Shown here piece after piece: positions 56,440 through 64,000 of a stretch of DNA of 64,000 nt. Origin of the DNA: an uncultured Gemmatimonadaceae bacterium (GTDB lineage Bacteria; Gemmatimonadota; Gemmatimonadetes; Gemmatimonadales; Gemmatimonadaceae). The stretch is taken from contig CAYXRS010000002.1 in the NCBI GenBank assembly GCA_964467195.1, positions 2,276-66,275 on the forward strand. The letters are read 5' to 3'. How positions within the stretch are numbered: the first letter of the stretch is position 1; the number at the start of each line of letters is the position of its first letter. Position numbers and translations under genes: made by a program. Under the pieces are notes generated by a model. That model saw only the letters and a program-made list of their open reading frames with translations. It was not told the origin of the DNA and searched no databases.

Positions 56440-57464
56440 GTATGAACGGTGAGGTCGGTCGGTTCGAGGCAGCGGTTGATGCGATCATTGGTGGCGATCT
56501 GCCGGCGCTCGAATCACTGATTCGCCGCAACCCCGATCTGGTTCGCGCGCGATCGACTCGCGATCACCATGCCACACTTCTGCACTACGTCGCGGCGAAT
56601 GGCGTGGAGGACGCTCGGCAGATGACGCCACCCAATGCCGTGGAGATCGCACGTTGTCTGCTCGAGGCGGGCGCCGAGGTGGACGCGCTGGCAAACACCT
56701 ACGGCGGCGGGAAGGCGCAGACCACGATGAACCTGCTAGTCTCCAGCGTACACCCCGCCAAGGCCGGCCTCCAGGAGGCGCTGGTCGAGCTGTTGCTCGA
56801 TTTCGGTGCCGCCATCAACGGACTCGAGGATGAAGGGACGCCGCTGATGACGGCTCTGGCGTTTGGGTATTCCGGTGCAGCCGATACGCTGGTGCGGCGC
56901 GGCGCCAGAGTGGACAATGTGGTCGCCGCCGCAGCGCTGGGCCGCGCTGATCTCGTCGATCGCCTTTGCAGCGGCGGTGACGCGGCGAAACCCGCGCTGG
57001 CGGCCCTGCACTGGATACGCCTGCCGCGGGATCTGAATCAACGCATCGAGCTTGCCCTGGTCTGGGCGTCGGCCTACGGAAGGACCGCGGTGGTCAAGCG
57101 CTTGCTCGATCAAGGCGTGGATCCGGCGGCGAAAGACAAGGATGACATGACGGCGCTGCATTGGGCGGCAGCCAACACAAATCTCGACGTCGTGAAGCTG
57201 CTGTTGCGCCGCGGCGCGCCGCTGGAATCAATGAACCGGTGGGGCGGAACCGTGCTGAGTTCCACCCTCTGGTTCCTCGTGAACCAGTCCTGGTTTCCGA
57301 GGGCTTCGTCAGCCGGTGATTCACCAGCAGCGCGAGATGCTGCTTACGCAGCGGTGATCGATGAGCTTCTGGAGGCCGGCGCCGACATCACCCAAGTGCC
57401 GGCATCGACAGGCCACGGCCCTGTCGATGATGTGCTCGCACGCCACCGGGACCGCCCGTCGTAG
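56436..57464 (+). CDS. ankyrin-repeat protein
   Basis: ATGA overlap with the CPBP stop. Repeats such as ATLLHYVAANG...LLEAGAEVD, GTPLMTALAFGYSGAADTLVRRGARVD and MTALHWAAANTNLDVVKLLLRRGAPL. Confidence 0.8.
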   Translation: MSMNGEVGRFEAAVDAIIGGDLPALESLIRRNPDLVRARSTRDHHATLLHYVAANGVEDARQMTPPNAVEIARCLLEAGAEVDALANTYGGGKAQTTMNLLVSSVHPAKAGLQEALVELLLDFGAAINGLEDEGTPLMTALAFGYSGAADTLVRRGARVDNVVAAAALGRADLVDRLCSGGDAAKPALAALHWIRLPRDLNQRIELALVWASAYGRTAVVKRLLDQGVDPAAKDKDDMTALHWAAANTNLDVVKLLLRRGAPLESMNRWGGTVLSSTLWFLVNQSWFPRASSAGDSPAARDAAYAAVIDELLEAGADITQVPASTGHGPVDDVLARHRDRPS

Positions 57465-57600
57465 CCGTCGCCTCGTCACTGGACACCGCGAGCAATCACT
57501 GGATGGCCGTTTGCTGCGCCGTACCGGCCGCTCGCACACCGCGTTCTTGTACGGCTGTGGCCGGCCGACAACCATCGGGCGCCCACAACTGGAGTCAGCA

Positions 57601-58215
57601 ATGCGTTCGGCCCTTTTCTGCGTTGTGCTCGCATCCTCAGTGGCTCTGGCGCCCATTCAGGCGCAGAGCAACCCTCCGCGCACCGACGACGAGATCGAAG
57701 CCGCCTTCATGGCGCACCGCGGCGATTTCGACTACCTCCTGGGCGACTGGCATTTCACCGCCAACAGCAAGGAGTGGGGTAAGTTTCAGGGCCTCTGGAG
57801 TGCGGTGCGACTCGCTACTGGCGACGGGTCTCACATCCTGGACGAGTACCGGATCGTTGGAGACAGCGGCGAGACGTTCTTCGTCACCGCCACGTTGCGG
57901 GCTTACAACGCCGTTCTCGATCGCTGGGAGCTGATCTCGGTCGACCGCGGCGGTGGATTGCTGGACTTCGGCACGGCGAAGATGGTCGGCGACGAGATGC
58001 ACATCGAGCAGGTGTTCGGTGCCGCCGGAGAACGGCCCGAGCGCTGGCGAATTCGCTATTACGACATCCGGCCCGATGGTTTCTCATGGACGGCAGACCG
58101 GTCGCTCGATGAGGGGAAGAGCTGGACGCGTAACCATCTGCAGATCGAGGCGCGGCGCATCGGTCCCGCGCGCTCACTGCCGGCGCTGGTGTCGGACAGA
58201 AGGCCTCGCGGCTGA
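57601..58215 (+). CDS. secreted protein of unknown function (DUF1579-like?)
   Basis: Internal ATG 57601 with signal MRSALFCVVLASSVALAPIQAQ. Beta-rich sequence. Confidence 0.5.
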   Translation: MRSALFCVVLASSVALAPIQAQSNPPRTDDEIEAAFMAHRGDFDYLLGDWHFTANSKEWGKFQGLWSAVRLATGDGSHILDEYRIVGDSGETFFVTATLRAYNAVLDRWELISVDRGGGLLDFGTAKMVGDEMHIEQVFGAAGERPERWRIRYYDIRPDGFSWTADRSLDEGKSWTRNHLQIEARRIGPARSLPALVSDRRPRG

Positions 58216-58338
58216 CTGGGCGGTATCGCCGCGGACCTGGATGTGATCGCGTGCGACTTGGCGTGTCGGCCGTGCCTTATTGACTCTCCGCCGCTCACGC
58301 CATAGCGTCTCCCGAAGCGGCCAGAACCAGGGAGCGCA

Positions 58339-61300
58339 ATGGCACTCGCGCCCGGAGTGCGCCTAGGCGCGTACGAGATTCTGGAACCCATCGGTGCTGG
58401 AGGGATGGGCGAGGTGTATCGCGCGCGCCACCTGAAACTCGGGCGCGACGTCGCAATAAAGGTTCTTCCCACCGCCCTCGCATCGGATCGCACCCGCCTG
58501 GCACGCTTCGAGCGCGAGGCCCGTACCGCCTCGGCGCTCAACCACCCCAATATCGTTACGATCTACGATATCGATGAGCACGAGGGCACGACGTACATCG
58601 CGATGGAGTTGGTTGACGGTCGCACGCTTCGCGAGCTGATTGCCAACGCGCCGTTATCCATCGATCGAGTGCTGAGTTTGGCCACGCAGATCGCCAGCGC
58701 TCTGGCCAGCGCCCATGCCGCGGGAATCATTCACCGCGACATCAAGCCTGCCAACGTGATGGTTACCGCCGAAGGACTGGCGAAGGTCCTGGACTTCGGG
58801 CTCGCAAAGCCGTTCATCCGGACGCGCGACGAGGCCGACCCGCCGCTTACCGCGACGACGGAGACGCAGGAAGGAATGCTCGTTGGCACGCCACACTACA
58901 TGGCGCCCGAGCAACTTTCCGGCGACCCGGTGGACCACCGCGCTGACCAGTTCGCGTTCGGCGTCCTCCTATACGAGATGCTAGGCGGCAAGCCGCCGTT
59001 CGATGGGCCGACCACCGGAGCCGTCATCACCGCCGTTCTGACCGTCGTGCCGCGTCCCCTCAAGGGACTGCGGCCCGATGTGCCCACGGATCTAGAGCGC
59101 ACAATCTCGCGCTGCCTGGAGAAGGATCCGGAGAAGCGATTCGCCACCTCCGCCGAGCTTGCAACGGAGCTGCGCCGCAGCGAGGCCAGCCGCGCCCGTG
59201 CGGCGTACGGACCCGCGGCAATGCTCAGGCGGCCACGAGTCGCCGCTGCGCTGATCGGCATCCTGCTCGTCGCAGCGACCGCGGGCTGGCTGTGGGTGCG
59301 TGACTCTGGGCGGCGTTGGGCGGAGTCCCGGGCTCTGGAGGAGATCACTCAGTTGGCCGACGCCGGTAATATCTACGAGGCGTATCGCACCGCTCTCCAG
59401 GCGGAGAGATACCGTCCCAGCGATCCCGAGATCGAGACGGTGCTCGAGCGAATCACTCTGCCGCTTGCCGTAAACACGGAGCCGGCAGGGGCCGAGGTGT
59501 GGGTTAGGAGCTACTCGAACCCCGACGCGCGCTGGGAACGGCTTGGATTGACGCCCCTGGAAGTCCGGGTGCCATATACTCTGATGCGCTGGAGAATCAC
59601 CAAGGCAGGGTACGAGCCGTTCGAGGGCGCACCCTTCAGCTCGGCAACGCTCATGGGGCTCGCGCGTCTGCAGCTCGATCCCGTGGGTGAACGACCACCT
59701 GAGATGGTTCGCGTAACGGGAGGCAGACTGCTGGATGGAGTACTGCGTGCTGGCGGGCGCGCCCAGTTTACCGGTGAGGAGCTCGAGCCCTATCTGATCG
59801 ACCGGTACGAGGTGACGAATCGCGAGTTCAGGGAGTTCGTCGGCGCCGGCGGGTATCGGACACCCGAGTGGTGGCCGACGCCGATCGAGCAGGGGGGGCA
59901 GGAGGTCTCCTGGGAGGAGGCCATGCGCTCGTTCGTGGATCCTACCGGTCGGCCGGGTCCCTCCACGTGGGAGCTGGGGGGCTATTCCTCGGGTGAGGAC
60001 GACCACCCGGTGAGTGGTGTGAGCTGGTACGAGGCGGCGGCGTACTGCGCGTTCGCCGGCAAGAGTTTGCCGACTGTTTATCACTGGTTCGCAGCCATCG
60101 GTCAGGAGCTGGTATCGGATATCCTGCTTCACAGCAACATGGACGGCATGAGCAAGGCGCCAGCAGGGCAGTTCAAGGGACTCGGGGCCTACGGCACGTA
60201 CGACATGGCGGGCAACGTGAGGGAGTGGGCGTGGAATGCGACGGGTAACCATCGCTACATCCTGGGCGGTGCCTGGAACGAGCCCGCGTACCTGTTCAGG
60301 CACCTGGTCGCGCAGGACCCTTGGGGGCGAGAACCCACAAACGGCCTGCGCTGCGCCCGCTATTTGACGTCTCCAGCCGAGCACTGGTTCGAACCAATCA
60401 CTCCGGCACGCGAGTACGAGCAGCCGGAGCCGCTTGGCGAGGAAGCGTTCCAGCTTCTGCGCGGCATGTACGCGTACGACCGCACGCCGCTCGAGGCCCG
60501 GCCCGAGCGAGTGAACGACCTCCCACACTACCGAAGGGAGACCGTCTCCCTACGCGCGGCGTACGGGAACGAGCGGATGGAAGTGCACCTGCTAATACCG
60601 AATGATGTCGCGCCGCCGTACCAATCCGTGATCTGGTTCCCCGGGGACGACGTGTTCCTCCTCCGCTCGAGTGAGAGGTTCTCGTCGGCGTACATGTTCG
60701 ACTTCATCCCGCGCAGCGGCCGGGTGATCGTTCACCCGGTGTACAAGGGAATGTTCGAACGCTTCCACCCTTGGGAACGCTCTCCAAGTGAATGGCGCGA
60801 CATGATGATCCGCTGGTCGCAGGACATCAGCCGCACGATCGACTACCTGGAAACTCGTCCCGACTTCGACACTCGGCGCATCGCCTACTACGGGTTCAGC
60901 TCGGGCGCCGTGTATGCACCGGTGTTCAGCGCCGTGGAACCGCGCATCGCCGTCACCATCCTGCTCGGCGGCGGCTTGGTGCCGGTGCAGTTCCGGCCGG
61001 AGATTCACCCCGTGCACTTCGCTCCGCGAGCGCGCTCGGCGGCGCTGATGATCAATGGCCGCGACGATTTCCTGATGCCGTACGAGCTCTCACAGCTTCC
61101 GCTGTTCGAGCTGCTCGGCGCACCGGCTGACCAGAAGCGTCACGCCCGGCTCGCCGGCGGACACATCCCAACCGATCGGCTGGAGCTCATTAAGGTCGTG
61201 AACGACTGGCTTGACCAACACCTGGGTGCGGCGCAGCCAAACACGACGGTGGCCATCTCAAGGGATCAAGGGCATCAAGGGGTCAGAGTCGTTGAAAAGG

Positions 61301-61356
61301 GAACAGCTTGGCGCCCTGGTGATCAGCCTCACCTTTCAACGACTCTGACCCCTTGA
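58339..61356 (+). CDS. multidomain Ser/Thr protein kinase: TM, PEGA-like, formylglycine-generating-enzyme (SUMF1) and alpha/beta-hydrolase domains
   Basis: Kinase motifs GAGGMGEV, VAIKVL, HRDIKPANV, DFG, APE. TM helix VAAALIGILLVAATAGWLWV. FGE motifs YLIDRYEVTNREFREFV, HPVSGVSWYEAAAYC, GNVREWAW. Hydrolase triad context YYGFSSGA, NGRDDF, LAGGH. The last ~40 codons are encoded by repeat elements (see findings). Confidence 0.85.
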   Translation: MALAPGVRLGAYEILEPIGAGGMGEVYRARHLKLGRDVAIKVLPTALASDRTRLARFEREARTASALNHPNIVTIYDIDEHEGTTYIAMELVDGRTLRELIANAPLSIDRVLSLATQIASALASAHAAGIIHRDIKPANVMVTAEGLAKVLDFGLAKPFIRTRDEADPPLTATTETQEGMLVGTPHYMAPEQLSGDPVDHRADQFAFGVLLYEMLGGKPPFDGPTTGAVITAVLTVVPRPLKGLRPDVPTDLERTISRCLEKDPEKRFATSAELATELRRSEASRARAAYGPAAMLRRPRVAAALIGILLVAATAGWLWVRDSGRRWAESRALEEITQLADAGNIYEAYRTALQAERYRPSDPEIETVLERITLPLAVNTEPAGAEVWVRSYSNPDARWERLGLTPLEVRVPYTLMRWRITKAGYEPFEGAPFSSATLMGLARLQLDPVGERPPEMVRVTGGRLLDGVLRAGGRAQFTGEELEPYLIDRYEVTNREFREFVGAGGYRTPEWWPTPIEQGGQEVSWEEAMRSFVDPTGRPGPSTWELGGYSSGEDDHPVSGVSWYEAAAYCAFAGKSLPTVYHWFAAIGQELVSDILLHSNMDGMSKAPAGQFKGLGAYGTYDMAGNVREWAWNATGNHRYILGGAWNEPAYLFRHLVAQDPWGREPTNGLRCARYLTSPAEHWFEPITPAREYEQPEPLGEEAFQLLRGMYAYDRTPLEARPERVNDLPHYRRETVSLRAAYGNERMEVHLLIPNDVAPPYQSVIWFPGDDVFLLRSSERFSSAYMFDFIPRSGRVIVHPVYKGMFERFHPWERSPSEWRDMMIRWSQDISRTIDYLETRPDFDTRRIAYYGFSSGAVYAPVFSAVEPRIAVTILLGGGLVPVQFRPEIHPVHFAPRARSAALMINGRDDFLMPYELSQLPLFELLGAPADQKRHARLAGGHIPTDRLELIKVVNDWLDQHLGAAQPNTTVAISRDQGHQGVRVVEKGTAWRPGDQPHLSTTLTP

Positions 61357-61383
61357 TCCTTTCAACGACTCTGACCCCTTGAT
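61264..61383. repeat. cluster of three ~24-nt palindromic-repeat copies (orientation + - -)
   Basis: ATCAAGGGGTCAGAGTCGTTGAAA at 61274-61297. Its reverse complement TTTCAACGACTCTGACCCCTTGAT occurs at 61334-61357 and 61360-61383. A short ATCAAGGG pre-duplication lies at 61264-61271. Confidence 0.85.
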
Positions 61384-61434
61384 GGCCTCGGCATGCCGAT
61401 TGCCCAGTGAGCCTACTCTGCCTCTGGAGTCAGC

Positions 61435-61707
61435 ATGGACTTACTCACACTGATCATCGTGGGACTGATCGCCGGCGTTCTCGCGTCGTTCGTCCTGGGC
61501 GGGATCGGCTACGGTATTCTCGGTGACATAATAGTCGGGATCGTCGGCGCGTTTCTGGGAAGCTGGCTCTTCTCCGCCCTCGGGATCGCGACTCCGTTTG
61601 CGGGTCTGGCGGGAACCATCTTCGTCGCATTCATCGGGGCGCTCGTGCTGCTGCTGATCCTCAGCCTGCTCCGCCCGCGAACAACGCGACGTCGCTTCCT
61701 CAGATAG
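61435..61707 (+). CDS. GlsB/YeaQ/YmgE-family (transglycosylase-associated) stress membrane protein
   Basis: MDLLTLIIVGLIAGVLASFVLGG.GYGILGDIIVGIVGAFLGSWLF is the family signature. Confidence 0.8.
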   Translation: MDLLTLIIVGLIAGVLASFVLGGIGYGILGDIIVGIVGAFLGSWLFSALGIATPFAGLAGTIFVAFIGALVLLLILSLLRPRTTRRRFLR

Positions 61708-61737
61708 AGAGCCAGTCTTCAAGGGTTTCGAGGGTTC

Positions 61738-61816
61738 TTCAAGGGGGTCAGAGTCGTTGAAATGGAATTTCAACGACTCTGACCCCCTTGAGAGACGACT
61801 CTGACCTCCTTGAAAC
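61738..61816. repeat. second cluster of the same repeat (+ - -); the first two copies form a perfect 24-bp hairpin, a likely bidirectional terminator
   Basis: CAAGGGGGTCAGAGTCGTTGAAAT at 61741-61764, 3-nt loop, then ATTTCAACGACTCTGACCCCCTTG at 61768-61791. A degenerate copy GACGACTCTGACCTCCTTGAAA follows at 61795-61816. Confidence 0.85.
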
Positions 61817-61829
61817 CTGACCCCGTCGA

Positions 61830-62990
61830 TCAGGGCGCGAGCAGCTTGAGTCCAATGTCGTCCACCGGCGCGGACGAGTTGGTAAGCACGACCACACCGA
61901 TCCCACGCTCCAGGTCGAGGCCGACGAACGAGGCGAAACCGCCGGTGCGACCATTGTGCATCACCAGCCTACGGCCGCTTCGATCGAACAGGTGCCAGCC
62001 AAGTCCCATCGAGGCGCGCCCGGCTTCCACCACCATGTGCGGCTGCATGCTCGTGCGGATCGCTCGCATGATGTACCGGTCATCGGTATGACGCCCCGCA
62101 TCAAGGCATGCGCGGACGAGCAGCGCCATGTCGGCGGCGGTAGAGCGCACGGCGCCGCCCCCAGCGAGCACATCGAAGTCCCATGCCGCGGTTGGTGCGC
62201 CGAGTGCGTCGTGGCCGGTCGCGAATCTCGCCTGGAGCGTGGGACCCAGGGTGATCATCGTCTCCCGCATACCGAGCGGCCGCAGCACGCGCTCCAGCAA
62301 CAACGCCTGGTAGGTAGCGCCACCACGCAACGAAAGCAGATGACCCAGAAGTCCCGCGCCCAGATTCGAGTACTCGTAACGGTCACCGGGACGCCGCTGC
62401 ATCTGGTACCCGCCCAGGAACGCATAGAGCTGCTGAGCGCCGTAGCCGGAGTACGGATTGCGCATGTTGCGTATGTTGAGATTGAGCGGCACTCGCGGCA
62501 GCCCCGACGTGTGCGTGACGAGGTGGAGAAGCGTTATCGAGTCGCCGCCCTCCGCGGGCATCCGCATCGTGTCGGGAAGGTACATGCCAGCCGGATTGTC
62601 GAGACGCAGCTCGCGCCGCTCGACCATCTCCGCAAGCAGCAGCGCTGTCAGCACCTTGGTCACCGACCCGATCTCGAACACCGTGTTGTGATCCACCGGT
62701 TCGCCATCGGCATCGCGCATCACACCCTCGGAGAAATGCCGAATGCCGGCTGCATCGATCACGGCCACGGCGATCCCCTTGTTACGCGCGGACGCCACCC
62801 GCTCGGCGATGAGGTCCCGTACCGTCGCGCTGTCTATCGAAGACGGCGGCACGAGTAAGGGCACTGTCACTGGCTGCTCCACCGGCTGACGCACGGTGTC
62901 TGTCACCTCCTGGGCCTCCGTCAGGACGGGAAGCATGAGCAGCACTGCACCGGCCATTAAGCATCTCATCACGTGATACGCACTCCGCAT
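61830..62990 (-). CDS. secreted serine hydrolase of the class-C beta-lactamase / PBP family
   Basis: SxxK motif [10 protein letters not shown] and Y-x-N motif YEYSNLG. Signal [27 protein letters not shown] (the ATG at 62969 is an alternative start). The track start 63077 looks too long. Confidence 0.8.
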   Translation of the reverse strand: MRSAYHVMRCLMAGAVLLMLPVLTEAQEVTDTVRQPVEQPVTVPLLVPPSSIDSATVRDLIAERVASARNKGIAVAVIDAAGIRHFSEGVMRDADGEPVDHNTVFEIGSVTKVLTALLLAEMVERRELRLDNPAGMYLPDTMRMPAEGGDSITLLHLVTHTSGLPRVPLNLNIRNMRNPYSGYGAQQLYAFLGGYQMQRRPGDRYEYSNLGAGLLGHLLSLRGGATYQALLLERVLRPLGMRETMITLGPTLQARFATGHDALGAPTAAWDFDVLAGGGAVRSTAADMALLVRACLDAGRHTDDRYIMRAIRTSMQPHMVVEAGRASMGLGWHLFDRSGRRLVMHNGRTGGFASFVGLDLERGIGVVVLTNSSAPVDDIGLKLLAP

Positions 62991-63282
62991 CAGAGATCCG
63001 CTCACAGTTGACGGTAGTAGACAACGTTCACCGAAGTGCACGCGGCGCAGAGGGATGAGGTTTGAGCGCAGCCGCACTCAGCAGTTCTCCGCTTCCTCGG
63101 CGGCAACGTCCGGGCGGGAAGCCCCGAGCCACCTGTCGTGGCATCGTCGCAAACAGGCGCCGGCCGTATCCTTCAACGATGTATACGTGTGGCGCGGGCC
63201 GAAAGTCACGAATGGCGCCGCCAACGTTGCGGAGGCCGGAACGCCCGATAAGTTGAGAATACAACTCTCACCCCGCGCACCA

Positions 63283-64000
63283 ATGGCTACGGCACTTACC
63301 CCCACCTACGCGAACCTCCGGGCTCCCTCGGAAGGTGAACCCATTGCGATGAAGAAGGGCCGCCTGCACGTACCGGCCACACCAATCATACCCTTCATCG
63401 AGGGCGATGGTACCGGCCCGGACATCTGGCGCGCCTCGCGGCACGTGTTCGAGGGCGCGGTTCGCAAGGCGTACGGCGGGGAGCGTCGAATTGCCTGGTT
63501 CGAGGTCTTCGCCGGAGAGAAGGCGAAGAATCAGTTCGATGATTGGCTGCCGGACGACACGTTGCGTGCGATCGAGCACCATCTCGTCGCCATCAAGGGA
63601 CCGCTCACCACGCCTGTTGGCGGCGGCTTCAGGTCGCTCAACGTGAGCCTGCGTCAGCGACTCGACCTCTACGCATGCGTGCGTCCGGTTCGATGGTTCC
63701 AGGGCGTTCCCTCTCCGGTGAAGAACCCGCATGATGTGAACATGGTGATCTTTCGCGAGAACACGGAGGACATCTACGCGGGGATCGAGTACCGTGCGGA
63801 AACGCCCGAGGCCAGGAAGATCATTCGTTTTCTGCTCGATGAGATGGACGCGAAGAGCATCCGCTTCCCGGAGAGCAGCGGGATCGGCATCAAGCCGGTG
63901 TCCGAGGAGGGGACGAAGCGGCTCGTCCGATCGGCCATCGAGTACGCGAAGCGGCAGGGATCGTCCAGCGTCACACTGGTGCACAAGGGCAACATCATGA
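63283..64000 (+). CDS. icd: NADP-dependent isocitrate dehydrogenase (prokaryotic homodimeric type); 3' end cut by window edge
   Basis: Absent from the track because no stop lies in the window. Manual translation gives [52 protein letters not shown]...[37 protein letters not shown]...[17 protein letters not shown]...LVHKGNIM. Confidence 0.9.
   Translation, partial: MATALTPTYANLRAPSEGEPIAMKKGRLHVPATPIIPFIEGDGTGPDIWRASRHVFEGAVRKAYGGERRIAWFEVFAGEKAKNQFDDWLPDDTLRAIEHHLVAIKGPLTTPVGGGFRSLNVSLRQRLDLYACVRPVRWFQGVPSPVKNPHDVNMVIFRENTEDIYAGIEYRAETPEARKIIRFLLDEMDAKSIRFPESSGIGIKPVSEEGTKRLVRSAIEYAKRQGSSSVTLVHKGNIM

Noticed and set aside
61264-61816. Integron attC sites or a CRISPR array as an explanation for the repeats around the GlsB/YeaQ gene
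   Set aside because: The GTTGAAA / TTTCAAC cores sit at the loop-proximal centre of the hairpin rather than at the outer ends as in attC (RYYYAAC ... GTTRRRY). No integrase is present. The copies are inverted and irregularly spaced, without unique spacers, so this is not a CRISPR array.
63268-63984. Track ORF 63268..63984 (-), 238 aa
   Set aside because: It is antisense to an unmistakable isocitrate dehydrogenase reading frame that starts at 63283 and leaves the window.

Overview
This is a GC-rich bacterial chromosomal segment with strong third-codon-position G/C bias. All family calls rest on motif recognition by eye; no BLAST or HMM search was run. The gene content suggests a Gemmatimonadota- or Acidobacteriota-like soil bacterium (inference only): a TonB-dependent receptor with a carboxypeptidase-regulatory-like N-domain, many lipoproteins and secreted proteins, an ECF sigma factor, a Ser/Thr-kinase fusion, and TPR, S41 and rhomboid genes. 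I can support about 56 protein-coding genes. Two of them run off the window edges and are absent from the ORF track. I also support two pseudogene remnants, one tRNA-Phe(GAA), several hairpin terminators, operator-like repeats and a local family of palindromic repeats. I saw no rRNA, CRISPR array, transposase, integrase, phage genes or recognisable defence system. It reads as ordinary chromosome with accessory stress and transport modules, not a mobile island. The points most worth a second look are these. (1) A CarH-type B12 photoreceptor regulator (Wx9EH and ExHxxG motifs) sits next to 11-bp-phased TGTCCAAG repeats and faces an outer-membrane barrel and MacB-type efflux genes. (2) A cluster of about 24-nt palindromic repeats brackets a GlsB/YeaQ gene and forms the tail of a kinase ORF. 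(3) A 58-codon queF remnant has an in-frame internal deletion. (4) A QueE-like protein lacks the radical-SAM cysteines and is translationally coupled to ddl. (5) An ECF sigma operon has CBM48/E-set-like domains on both the anti-sigma factor and a secreted partner. (6) A leaderless MarR gene has a perfect 14-bp palindrome and controls a quinone-detoxification-like operon. (7) A beta-barrel-cupredoxin fusion lies beside a second cupredoxin.
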